NCBI GenBank assembly: GCA_049652745.1
Contig: JBASEY010000029.1
Span: 66,440-130,439, forward strand
Direction of reading: 5' to 3'
DNA length: 64,000 bases
Source of the DNA: a bacterium
GTDB taxonomy: Bacteria > CSSED10-310
This document shows, piece by piece, positions 27,614 to 36,604 of this stretch. Within the stretch, counting starts at the first letter, position 1; every line of letters starts with the position of its first letter. A model generated the notes under the pieces. It saw only the letters and a program-made list of their open reading frames with translations. It had not been told where the DNA came from and did no database searches. The position numbers were made by a program, and so were the translations under genes.

Positions 27614-29927
27614 CAACTGTTCTCTGTTTTTCCAGATAGCCAAGAAGGCCAAGTCCAACAATCGTATTTTTAAACTTTTTAATATCGAGATCGGTTTCTG
27701 CAAAAACCGCCTTTAGGGCTGCGTTTTTCCGAAAACGGTTCAATATATTGATATCGACACCTTCCAAATGAGCATCGTGGGCTTTGGTTATCGCGTCCGG
27801 CGCCAAAGTAAAAGTAACACTCAGCGATGGCACTATCTTTTCAAAAACGTCCAGCTCTTCCAGATTTCGTATACCCCGCATAAACGCACGTTCGGTAATG
27901 ATGTCAAAAGCCACGTATTCTGAATCAGGCAATTCATTGGAATTAAATTTATAATCTCCAGCCGGCATATTACAAACATCCTGAATAATTAAATGTATTT
28001 GTTCTCTTACAGCATCTGTCAATGCATTTATGCTAACAATTTTTTGCTGGAATAAGCCGGTTCCTGACCGCATACCGGCTGAAGTATCCCATAAGTCAGA
28101 AGCTTTTATTCTCTGTTCTTCATTGATTAAACCTAGATCGAACAATATCTTGTCAATGCGAAACTCGGGTTTGTTTGTTTTAGCATACAAAAGATTTCCA
28201 TTTCGCCAGAAAAGCTTGGTCTGGCTGGCCGCATCAGTAAAAATCAAAGTGCCGGTTTTTTTAAATTTGATAGCCAAGACAATGACCAACACCGGGTGGG
28301 TCTCCCATGTATGACCTTCCGTTAAATCCTGTTCCATTAAGCCAAATTCATCAAACAAAGAAACGTTTCTTTTCTGAGATTCTTTTTCTAGAAGAGGATC
28401 GGTAACCGTTGGTCTTCTGTGTTTGGGAGTGATTGGCTGTTCGTTGAATTTTTGTAATTCACGATCCAATAACGTGGAGTTCTTTACCGAAGAAACCGGT
28501 TTGGCTTCTTTTGAAGAGGCAACAGGCTTTGTGGGAGGGCCGGCCTGTTTTATCACAGGGTGTAAGCCGGTATCTGTTTTGTCATTGCTTGTGAAATCAT
28601 TAATATGTTTTGGGGTCGTAATTGGATGAAGTCTGTCTGTTTGCTCCGGGATCTGGTCATCATCGACGACACTCAATTGAGAGCCATCTTGTTTTATCGA
28701 TTGATCATCGATTGGCTCCGGTAATTTGACAACAAAAATTTCCCCGAGGCTTAGTTCTTCCTGCTCAGTTGTTTTAAAAGCTTTAAAAGAAAGAAGTGTA
28801 TACATGAGTGAGGGTGCATAGGGTAAAATTGAGCCGGCTTGCCGCAACCAGTTGTTTAAGGTTATTCCATTTGCTGTCAGGGAAAGGAGCCCTGCTTCCA
28901 CAGGTATCAGATTGTAGACTTGTGACAACACTCCTTCGGAAGCATTTGGGACAAGCCGAAGCTCTTTTCCAATCAGGAGATGGCTGAAATCCGGTGCTGG
29001 AGTTAAATGCCGAAGCGAATTTAAAAGAAGATGGGCAGGGTGAATTCCACGGAAAGAAACCTGAAAAATTTCTTCCGGTTTTTCTTCTGGGGCCCAATCA
29101 AACTCACCTTTCGAATTTTGCAGCGCCGCTGATGAAATGGACTGAATATATTGAATGGCCAGACTGTTCAAGATTTCTTGTTGCAATCCTGATAATGTCT
29201 TGACTGCTTCGACGACTTTTATATCGGAAATGGTCTCTGGTAAAGCTTTGAAGTCACGTTTGGCTTCTCCGGAAAATGTCATGGTTTTCAAAATAAATCG
29301 ATAATAAGACTCTTCTTTCCTCGTCGAATGTGCTCCTCTGACAAAGCCATTTTCTATATAAAACGAGCGGATATGTTTGCCTTCGATCAAACGAAAAACC
29401 CCGCTTGCTTGTCTTAAATAAATCCAAGCAAAACAATAAGGTATAGGGTAGGATTCGATCAGACCATGAAACGGCAGACGTTCATCTCCATCAGCTTCAG
29501 ATAACGAAGGTGTCTTTTCGGGCACCAACCCTGGAGGAGGCTGTAACTCACGATAGAGATTGGTTTTTTTTAGGCGAATGTGAAGCTGCATCAACAACTC
29601 CGGCAAGACGAACGGCATCGATACAACATCGTCCGCTCCAGATTTCCAGGCATCCAATTTTTCTTTTGAATTCATTTTTCCGTAAATGACGATGATTGGA
29701 AAGCCGATAAATTTCGGTGTTTTTCTAATTTCCGACACATGTTCTACAGCAGTAGAATCCTCAAACTTGTCTCGAAACAAAACCATATCGAAATGTGTTT
29801 CGTTTAATTTGGACAAAGCATCAGATGCCTCATTTATCGCAACGACTTCAAACTTGACGTTCTTCAATGCCGCAGTAAGCTGGTTTTGAATTTTCTCGCT
29901 GGACTCAACCAATAATACTTTTATCAC
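27603..29927 (-). CDS. Response regulator receiver protein with a low-complexity linker and two DUF4388-like domains
   Basis: A REC domain (IKVLLVESSEK...FDMVLFRDKF...SGADDVVSMPF) comes first, followed by a P/S/T/K-rich linker. Two domains then match the DUF4388 pattern: FAWIYLRQASGVFRLIEGKHIRSFYIENGFVRGA and LVIVLAIKFKKTGTLIFTDAASQTKLFWRNGNLLYA. I prefer the GTG start at 29927 (GGAGGT Shine-Dalgarno 9 nt upstream), which gives MIKVLLVE. The ORF-track TTG at 30005 and the ATG at 29981 lack a Shine-Dalgarno. Confidence 0.65.
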   Translation of the reverse strand: MIKVLLVESSEKIQNQLTAALKNVKFEVVAINEASDALSKLNETHFDMVLFRDKFEDSTAVEHVSEIRKTPKFIGFPIIVIYGKMNSKEKLDAWKSGADDVVSMPFVLPELLMQLHIRLKKTNLYRELQPPPGLVPEKTPSLSEADGDERLPFHGLIESYPIPYCFAWIYLRQASGVFRLIEGKHIRSFYIENGFVRGAHSTRKEESYYRFILKTMTFSGEAKRDFKALPETISDIKVVEAVKTLSGLQQEILNSLAIQYIQSISSAALQNSKGEFDWAPEEKPEEIFQVSFRGIHPAHLLLNSLRHLTPAPDFSHLLIGKELRLVPNASEGVLSQVYNLIPVEAGLLSLTANGITLNNWLRQAGSILPYAPSLMYTLLSFKAFKTTEQEELSLGEIFVVKLPEPIDDQSIKQDGSQLSVVDDDQIPEQTDRLHPITTPKHINDFTSNDKTDTGLHPVIKQAGPPTKPVASSKEAKPVSSVKNSTLLDRELQKFNEQPITPKHRRPTVTDPLLEKESQKRNVSLFDEFGLMEQDLTEGHTWETHPVLVIVLAIKFKKTGTLIFTDAASQTKLFWRNGNLLYAKTNKPEFRIDKILFDLGLINEEQRIKASDLWDTSAGMRSGTGLFQQKIVSINALTDAVREQIHLIIQDVCNMPAGDYKFNSNELPDSEYVAFDIITERAFMRGIRNLEELDVFEKIVPSLSVTFTLAPDAITKAHDAHLEGVDINILNRFRKNAALKAVFAETDLDIKKFKNTIVGLGLLGYLEKQRTVDGF

Positions 29928-30016
29928 CGCACTTATAACCTCCAAAGATGGTTCAAAATTCCTTGCTGCTAAGCGCAACATAGACAAGTCTGACCAATTC
30001 TGCAACCAGTTTTCAA

Positions 30017-30955
30017 ATGAGGTTGTATAACTGGGAAGTTGCCGGGCGTCTTGAGTATGTTATACTTGATTGGCGTGCCCATTGGGGAGAGTTGATAGTG
30101 GATGGTGAAAAATCAAATCTTCTAAAATTATTTGAAAGCCATTTTGGTTTAAAAGAAGATGCTGAACTTGGTTTGGCCCATCTGGAAAAATCTGTTTCTT
30201 GCTTTGCACGGATACCATACGAGAATTTGACGAAGATCATTCGAGCGTTTGAGCAAGAGGATATACAGAAAAAATTGCGACGGCCGGAGGATGTTTTAAA
30301 AGATTTTATCCGATGGGGTACTGGAGGAACATGTTTTTCTTTGACCTTCTGTTTAAAAAGCATCTTGTCGGAATATGGATATGATTGCAGGTACCGAATG
30401 GCCGACCTTGGGCAAAGACAATCGAATCATTGTGCCCTTACGGTATATTTGCATCAGAGATTGTGGCTTATAGATCCTGGATACCTGATTGTCAAACCGT
30501 TGCCGATGCCTGAAACCGGCAGTGTTGTGCATGAGACCTCACTTCACCCGGTTTTACTTGAAAAAGACGTTATTTCCGGTGGCTCGCATCTTTCCACTAT
30601 GGATCCAAACGGCGTTAAATACCGGTATTATTTACATGGCGAAGACTGTGCGGAGGACAATTTTTTTACACATTGGAAAGATTCATTTTCATGGAATATG
30701 ATGAATTCCTTGTTGATAACGCGAATCATTCCAAAAGGAAGGATTTATCTTCATGATCGTCATTTTCGTCGGTTCGATCGCACCAGTCATCGGTGTGAAA
30801 AGTTGAAGGACGGTTTCGATGATTCAGTCGCTGCGTATACGGGTATAAACAAGGAGATAGTTGTTCGTGCGAGAGAGATTCTTGCAGAAAATAAACGCTC
30901 ATTGAGGGAGAATCGGAGACAAGATGGGAAAAGCGGTTCAACCCGAGCCTGTTAA
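30017..30955 (+). CDS. Arylamine N-acetyltransferase-like (NAT / transglutaminase-like Cys-His-Asp fold) protein
   Basis: IPYENL (NAT FENL motif), RWGTGGTCFSLTFCL (RGGxC active-site Cys), HCALTVY (His) and LIDPGY (Asp) are present. There is no Shine-Dalgarno. Confidence 0.5.
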   Translation: MRLYNWEVAGRLEYVILDWRAHWGELIVDGEKSNLLKLFESHFGLKEDAELGLAHLEKSVSCFARIPYENLTKIIRAFEQEDIQKKLRRPEDVLKDFIRWGTGGTCFSLTFCLKSILSEYGYDCRYRMADLGQRQSNHCALTVYLHQRLWLIDPGYLIVKPLPMPETGSVVHETSLHPVLLEKDVISGGSHLSTMDPNGVKYRYYLHGEDCAEDNFFTHWKDSFSWNMMNSLLITRIIPKGRIYLHDRHFRRFDRTSHRCEKLKDGFDDSVAAYTGINKEIVVRAREILAENKRSLRENRRQDGKSGSTRAC

Positions 30956-31484
30956 GCTTGTTACGGGAATTCTGGCTTCAGACTCACAGATACTTCAAGA
31001 GGTTTGTACAGCGATGGAAAACCGGCTGGGGCCGGTCGATTACATGAGTGAGGCGTTTGTTTTTGACTTGACTGATTATTATGAAAAGGAAATGGGTAAA
31101 AAGTTACAAAGATGGTTTTGGAGTTTTGAAAATTTGATTGATCCAGGTTTGCTGCCCGAAATCAAGATTTTTACCAATCATCTTGAAAATACTTTTTGTT
31201 GTGAACAGGCCAAGAGAAGGGTGAACTTGGATCCAGGTTATATGGATTTTTATAAATTTGTATTGGCATCGGTTAAAGCACGAGCGCAAAAAATTTATCT
31301 ATCGCAGGGAATTTATGCTGATCCCACTTTATATTATCTGAAAGGCAAATGGCTGGCATTTGATTGGTCATTACCGGATTTTAAGCAGGATACCTATTAC
31401 CGGGTTTTTCAAGATATTCGTGATCGATATCGACAAAAAATGCGCAACATCAAACCTGGTGATATTGTTTTTAATGGGTTCTAG
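30924..31484 (+). CDS. Conserved hypothetical protein, DUF4416-like
   Basis: 186 aa. The start is inside the 3' end of the NAT-like gene (32-nt overlap, GGAGA Shine-Dalgarno). The motifs PVKLVTGIL...GPVDYMSEAFVFDLTDYYEKEMG...NLDPGYMDFYKFVLASVKA recall DUF4416. That assignment is tentative. Confidence 0.45.
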   Translation: MGKAVQPEPVKLVTGILASDSQILQEVCTAMENRLGPVDYMSEAFVFDLTDYYEKEMGKKLQRWFWSFENLIDPGLLPEIKIFTNHLENTFCCEQAKRRVNLDPGYMDFYKFVLASVKARAQKIYLSQGIYADPTLYYLKGKWLAFDWSLPDFKQDTYYRVFQDIRDRYRQKMRNIKPGDIVFNGF

Positions 31485-31527
31485 ATAGGAATGAGAATTA
31501 TTCAATCAGGAAACGGAGGAGACAATC

Positions 31528-31854
31528 ATGTCGGAATATGTCAAAGACGTAGACACAAAACAATTCGATGAAAAAGTTGTCAAAGGAAAAGGGTTGATTT
31601 TAATCGATTTTTGGGCTCCATGGTGTGGCCCGTGCCGTCTCGCTTCGCCTATTTTGGACGAAATTGCCCAAGAAATGTCGCAATCTGTAACCGTTTATAA
31701 GGTCAATGTTGACAGTAACGGAGAACTCGCCATGAAGTATGGCATTTCGGGCATACCGACATTTATCTTGTTTAAAAACGGCAAGATAGTGAAACAAATT
31801 GTCGGATTGATGTCTAAGGCCGACATTGTGAACCTGATTAGATCGAATAGTTGA
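31528..31854 (+). CDS. trxA: Thioredoxin
   Basis: WAPWCGPCR active site. 108 aa. The Shine-Dalgarno is GGAGGAG. Confidence 0.95.
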   Translation: MSEYVKDVDTKQFDEKVVKGKGLILIDFWAPWCGPCRLASPILDEIAQEMSQSVTVYKVNVDSNGELAMKYGISGIPTFILFKNGKIVKQIVGLMSKADIVNLIRSNS

Positions 31855-31931
31855 TCATACGCTTTTTGATTGATGACAAAAACCATCTGGTGGCGTATGA
31901 TTCATATGCGTGGGTGTATCAGGAGGTTAAA

Positions 31932-32717
31932 ATGGCAGTATGTAAAAACTGTTCAAAAGAAATAGACGATATTCAATTTAAATTGGATTTCAGAGTGTGT
32001 CCGCATTGCGATCATCATCACCGACTGCCTGCAACGGAGTGGGCGGATTTGCTTTATGATGAAGGTAAATGGGAGGAGGTCGACAGCCCGCTCTATGCAA
32101 CTGATCCGTTAAATTTCGTCGATTCCAAAGCATATAAAGACCGTTTGAAGGAAGCCTGGGAAAAAAGCGGTATGGATGATGCCTGCAGGAACATTGTTGG
32201 AGATATCAATGGCCGAAGAGTTTCATCGTCGATTCTTGACTTTTTCTTCATGGGTGGAAGTATGGGGGCGGTTGTTGGGGAAAAAATCACTCGAGGTGCA
32301 GAACGAGCTCTTCAGGAACGAATTCCTTTTATAACAGTATCTTGTTCAGGAGGAGCCAGAATGCAGGAAGGATTTTTTTCTTTGATGCAACTGGTCAAAA
32401 CCTCTTATGCCTGTGGAAAATTAAGGCAGAATGGAATTCCGTTCATTTCAATTTTAACAGATCCCTCAACTGCCGGCGCGATGGCGAGCTTTGCCTCTTT
32501 GGGTGACCTGATCGTGGCGGAAAAAGGAGCTCTGATAGGTTTCGCCGGTCCCCGAGTCATCGCTCAGACAATAGGAGGCGAGCTTCCGCCCGGTTTCCAA
32601 CGCCCTGAGTTTTGCCAGGAGCACGGGCTTGTCGATATGGTTGTTCACCGAAATCAAATGAAAGAGACAATAGGTCGAATAATAGGTATTCTGTCAGATG
32701 CCCCTACAATGTCCTGA
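31932..32717 (+). CDS. accD: Acetyl-CoA carboxylase carboxyltransferase beta subunit
   Basis: N-terminal Zn-ribbon CKNCSKE...CPHCDHHH. The carboxyltransferase motif is FFFMGGSMGAVVGEKI. The ATG at 31932 follows an AGGAGG Shine-Dalgarno. Confidence 0.9.
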   Translation: MAVCKNCSKEIDDIQFKLDFRVCPHCDHHHRLPATEWADLLYDEGKWEEVDSPLYATDPLNFVDSKAYKDRLKEAWEKSGMDDACRNIVGDINGRRVSSSILDFFFMGGSMGAVVGEKITRGAERALQERIPFITVSCSGGARMQEGFFSLMQLVKTSYACGKLRQNGIPFISILTDPSTAGAMASFASLGDLIVAEKGALIGFAGPRVIAQTIGGELPPGFQRPEFCQEHGLVDMVVHRNQMKETIGRIIGILSDAPTMS

Positions 32718-32755
32718 GAGTACCTGTCCCGAATGCATTATCGGGAGTCCTTGAA

Positions 32756-35329
32756 TTGGATACATTTCGCTGGTTGTTTATCGTCTTTATTGCATTATCC
32801 ATGGCGTGTTTGAGCATAGATGCGCAAACGCTGCTGCAAACAACAGCAGATGATGCTGATTTGTTCAGCAAATTTCAGGACGCCCAGTTCAAAGAAAAAA
32901 CTGATCGAGAACTTATGCAGGAAGCGTTTAAAAGGAAAAGAGCAGCCTATGAATCATTGATGTCAAGGGAAACGCCGATCCTGTTCAAAGCGGATTTTCA
33001 AGAAATCGATGATGAGACCAGAACGTTTATTCTATCCGGCGATGTAGAAATCCAGAAGGATATGTTCAAATTGAATGCCGACTGGGTTCGCATCTATCAG
33101 TGGTCTGGTGAAATTGAAGCCCGAGGTCATGTCGTGATGGAATTTGATACAGACATCATCACCGGTGACGAAATCGTTTTTAATTTTAATACCGGCACGG
33201 GCTGGATCAGCAATGCCAGGGCTGCAGTTGAACCGCATTTGTACCTGGAATCAGATGTCTTGGAAAAAATATCGGATTATGAAAAAAACGGTCAAGGTCA
33301 ATACGTCATTTACAACGGCTCGATCACCGCTTGTTCCGGCTATAAACCGGCATGGAAATTTAAAACAAAGTATGCCGTTCTAAGGCTCGAAAACTATGTT
33401 CATATGAATAATGTCTCCGCATGGATCCGTAAAGTGCCTGTCTTTTGGAGTCCCTACTTCTTCTATCCAACGAAAACTGAAAGAACGACAGGACTGTTGA
33501 CCCCGAATGTCAACTGGAGCACAACTCGCGGTTTGATGTACTCACAGGACTTTTTCTTGTGTATAAACGACTATATGGATGCTACTGCCGGAATTACATA
33601 TTACACAAATATCGGGCTTCAAAAAGAGTTACAGTTTCGTAATGCGTTCAGTCATTTATCGAAAGGTGAGATGAATTTTGAACATATTCGAGAAAGAAAC
33701 TCTCCCAGTGCCAATCGGGAACCTCTTGATCGATGGAAGGGAACATATGAGCAAAATGCGATGTTGCCATATGACATTCGTGGAACTGCCAATCTTATCT
33801 ATCAAAGCGATGAAGCCTTTACCAGTGATTACGGTGATTGGAATCAGGGAATAACCCAATATCTGGACAGCCGAATGAGTTTGACGCGTTATTGGGGAAC
33901 AGCCGGGATAATGATGGATGGAACGTATCAGAAAAACATGCGCGAATTTTATGATGACCACCTTCAATACATGCCCAGAGTTGAATATTTCACCGGATGG
34001 AAATATTTTTTTGACGATTTCCGATGGCAAATGAAGCTCAAAGGTGAAAACATCCAAAAGGCGACCAGTGAAATGGCTTCAATAGATACCGGTCACGGGC
34101 AGGTGACGGAACGGCGGATACTGAAACGCGAGTCTCTCCGCTATTCATTCTTTGCCTCTATGGGTTATGAATACAACCAAATACCTTGGATGAGTGTTTA
34201 TCCCTGGGTCTCCATCGATGAGCGTTTTTGGAGTGCATTTAAAACACATGATCCCAGATTTGTCGGTGATACGTGGGCGACATATAAAGTTATACCCAAA
34301 GAGCCGGAAGCTTCGTGGGAAGGCGGATTAGGCCAAGTTGGAAATGGTTATTATCGACATTCGTTTCGGACGGGAATCGATTTGACCGGCCCGAAAATAT
34401 ACCGAATTTTTGATTTTTTAGGATATAAAACCCTATCTCGAATGAAACATATCATAGAACCGAAAATTTCACTGGATTACACCCCGGAATTGGTCGGTCA
34501 GGAAAGATTGTTATATTTTGACCCCGAAGACTTGTTGGAACCCGGTACCAAGTTGACATATTCTGTATCGACACGACTGTTGATGAAAATGAAATCCAAG
34601 AAAGACCAAAAACAGAAAGCCATCGATTTGGGTAAAGACGGCAAATATGTCTCAGGTGAGACGGATTCTGATGAAAAAGGTTCACCTGACGGGGACACTT
34701 TTCAATTGCAGAGTGGATCGATCAGAGAGTTTGGATTTTTGACAATCAGCCAGACATACGATTTTCTTAAAAAACGACGTTGGGAGGAACGTGAGGTTTT
34801 ACCGGGACAGGATGAACGGATTTACTATCCATTCAGCAATGTTGCCGTGAACCTGACGATCAACCCTCTCGCCAATATATACCTATCTGGAAAAATAGAA
34901 TATGACCCTTGGCATGATTCTTTTTCCAATGGATATATCTATGGATTTTTAAAGCAAAAAGATTGGGAATTTGGGCTGCGCTGGGACTATACGAAATATT
35001 TTCTAAACGATTTCTATAATGTCCACGCGTTAGCTTTGGAAGGCGGAATATCGTTGAACGATTCCTGGAGCATTGCGTCATGGATAAAATACGATTTTTC
35101 CAAGGAGTATTCGCCGTACTTGTTTTTGGACATAACCTACCAAGCTCAATGTTGGGGAATAACATTACATTCTTATTATAAAAACAATCGTGAGTACGAT
35201 TTACTGAAGGGAACATATCAGAACGACCCTGAAATAAAATTCGGATTATCATTTCATTTTAAAAATATCGATACGATAGATACAGATACTTTCGGCAAGT
35301 TCTGGTGGGGGAATTCAAATCAAAAATGA
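32756..35329 (+). CDS. lptD: LPS-assembly outer-membrane protein LptD (OstA)
   Basis: Signal peptide FRWLFIVFIALSMACLSIDAQ. An OstA-like N-domain (GDVEIQKDMFKLNADWVRIYQWSGEIEARGHV) precedes a large beta-barrel. The proposed TTG start at 32756 has a GGGAG Shine-Dalgarno. The ORF track extends the frame back to 32612. Confidence 0.75.
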   Translation: MDTFRWLFIVFIALSMACLSIDAQTLLQTTADDADLFSKFQDAQFKEKTDRELMQEAFKRKRAAYESLMSRETPILFKADFQEIDDETRTFILSGDVEIQKDMFKLNADWVRIYQWSGEIEARGHVVMEFDTDIITGDEIVFNFNTGTGWISNARAAVEPHLYLESDVLEKISDYEKNGQGQYVIYNGSITACSGYKPAWKFKTKYAVLRLENYVHMNNVSAWIRKVPVFWSPYFFYPTKTERTTGLLTPNVNWSTTRGLMYSQDFFLCINDYMDATAGITYYTNIGLQKELQFRNAFSHLSKGEMNFEHIRERNSPSANREPLDRWKGTYEQNAMLPYDIRGTANLIYQSDEAFTSDYGDWNQGITQYLDSRMSLTRYWGTAGIMMDGTYQKNMREFYDDHLQYMPRVEYFTGWKYFFDDFRWQMKLKGENIQKATSEMASIDTGHGQVTERRILKRESLRYSFFASMGYEYNQIPWMSVYPWVSIDERFWSAFKTHDPRFVGDTWATYKVIPKEPEASWEGGLGQVGNGYYRHSFRTGIDLTGPKIYRIFDFLGYKTLSRMKHIIEPKISLDYTPELVGQERLLYFDPEDLLEPGTKLTYSVSTRLLMKMKSKKDQKQKAIDLGKDGKYVSGETDSDEKGSPDGDTFQLQSGSIREFGFLTISQTYDFLKKRRWEEREVLPGQDERIYYPFSNVAVNLTINPLANIYLSGKIEYDPWHDSFSNGYIYGFLKQKDWEFGLRWDYTKYFLNDFYNVHALALEGGISLNDSWSIASWIKYDFSKEYSPYLFLDITYQAQCWGITLHSYYKNNREYDLLKGTYQNDPEIKFGLSFHFKNIDTIDTDTFGKFWWGNSNQK

Positions 35330-36102
35330 AGTACCGTATTCTTACCCATGAATCATTGAATTCAAAATATTTTCATCTGCGTCTTTTAGCTCCTGAGATT
35401 GCACAAACCGCCGCCCCGGGTCAGTTCGTGATGATCAAAGTGACTACTTGTCATCAAGACCCTCTTCTCCGCAGACCTATTTCCGTTATGGACGCCGACC
35501 CATCGACCGGTATCCTGGAATTACTCTACAGCGTTGTCGGCAAAGGAACACGGTTACTGTCAACTTGGAAAGCCGGTGATTGCTTGGATATCGTGGGGCC
35601 CCTAGGAAACGGCTTCAATCCAAAGCCCGGACACCACACGTCACTGTTGGTCTGCGGCGGCATCGGAACGCCTCCTATGGTCTATTTGGCTCGAATTCTG
35701 GCATCACGGCAATGTGGGGCGACATTTGCGTTTCTCGGAGCTCGCACAGCGGACGATATTGTGTGCGAAAATAAATTCGAGCAATACGGAGCGACTGTTT
35801 ATATTGCGACAGAAAATGGCGAAAAAGGCAGCAAAGGCCTGGTTACAGAACCTTTGATCTCGTTTTTAAATCTGTCGCCTTCAAACCCGGTTCTGTATGC
35901 TTGCGGTCCAAAGCCCATGTTGAAGGCTGTAATGAAAATAGGGCTTGAACGAAAAATACCGACGTTCTTATCCTTGGAAGAGCATATGGGGTGCGGTATT
36001 GGCGCATGTTTGGGTTGTGTTGTTCAAACAGATGAAGGGCCTGTCAGAGTATGTACTGAAGGCCCCGTTTTTGATGCGCGACGCCTGGGTGATAAGTGGT
36101 GA
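35326..36102 (+). CDS. PyrK-like FAD/NAD-binding 2Fe-2S electron-transfer subunit (dihydroorotate dehydrogenase B electron-transfer family)
   Basis: The RRPISVMD FAD motif is present. The C-terminal 2Fe-2S motif is CGIGACLGC followed by CTEGP. The ATG overlaps the lptD stop as ATGA. No pyrD is adjacent. Confidence 0.7.
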   Translation: MKYRILTHESLNSKYFHLRLLAPEIAQTAAPGQFVMIKVTTCHQDPLLRRPISVMDADPSTGILELLYSVVGKGTRLLSTWKAGDCLDIVGPLGNGFNPKPGHHTSLLVCGGIGTPPMVYLARILASRQCGATFAFLGARTADDIVCENKFEQYGATVYIATENGEKGSKGLVTEPLISFLNLSPSNPVLYACGPKPMLKAVMKIGLERKIPTFLSLEEHMGCGIGACLGCVVQTDEGPVRVCTEGPVFDARRLGDKW

Positions 36103-36500
36103 ATCCAAAGCGTTTTATAACCTCACATTGGATAGGTTTTCTGATCTTGATGATCGTGGCGATTCAGACTACCGGGTGCGTTACCGCTCGAAAACATTCA
36201 TCTCGAAAAGAAACATACATTGGAATGGCATCTTGGTATGGAAAAAAGTATCATAGGAAAACTACTGCGAGTGGTGAAAAATACAACATGCGGAAATTGA
36301 CGGCAGCTCATCCTTTTTTACCTTTTGGGACAAAAGTGAAGGTCACCCACCTGGAAAATGGAAAATCGGTTATTGTCACAATCAATGATCGAGGCCCGTT
36401 TAAAAAAGATCGAATCATCGACTTGTCTTATAAAGCAGCACAAAAAATCGGCATGGTAAAGGAAGGAGTCGCACGCGTAAAACTGGAAATTATTAAGTGA
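36096..36500 (+). CDS. rlpA: RlpA-family septal-ring lytic transglycosylase lipoprotein (DPBB domain)
   Basis: Lipobox TTGC. The DPBB motifs are GMASWYGKKYHRKTTASGEKYN...VTINDRGPF. The GTG start overlaps the pyrK-like stop. Confidence 0.85.
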   Translation: MVNPKRFITSHWIGFLILMIVAIQTTGCVTARKHSSRKETYIGMASWYGKKYHRKTTASGEKYNMRKLTAAHPFLPFGTKVKVTHLENGKSVIVTINDRGPFKKDRIIDLSYKAAQKIGMVKEGVARVKLEIIK

Positions 36501-36604
36501 ATCCTCTTGATCAGAGTCATCATCTTGTGCTATAAAAGGTTGTAACTACAAGCCGTTGATGTGATAACGCCGCGTTTGTAAAAATTCATGTTTGAAAGGA
36601 ATTC

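Noticed and set aside
30005-30005. TTG at 30005 as start of the REC-DUF4388 gene (ORF-track start)
   Set aside because: It has no Shine-Dalgarno. The GTG at 29927 has GGAGGT 9 nt upstream and yields the canonical REC N-terminus MIKVLLVE. The ATG at 29981 remains a possible alternative.
36501-36604. Possible NrdR box or B12 riboswitch upstream of nrdJ
   Set aside because: Only an imperfect inverted repeat (CTTGT...ACAAG) is present. It does not match the 16-bp NrdR palindrome, and the roughly 100-nt leader is too short for a cobalamin riboswitch.
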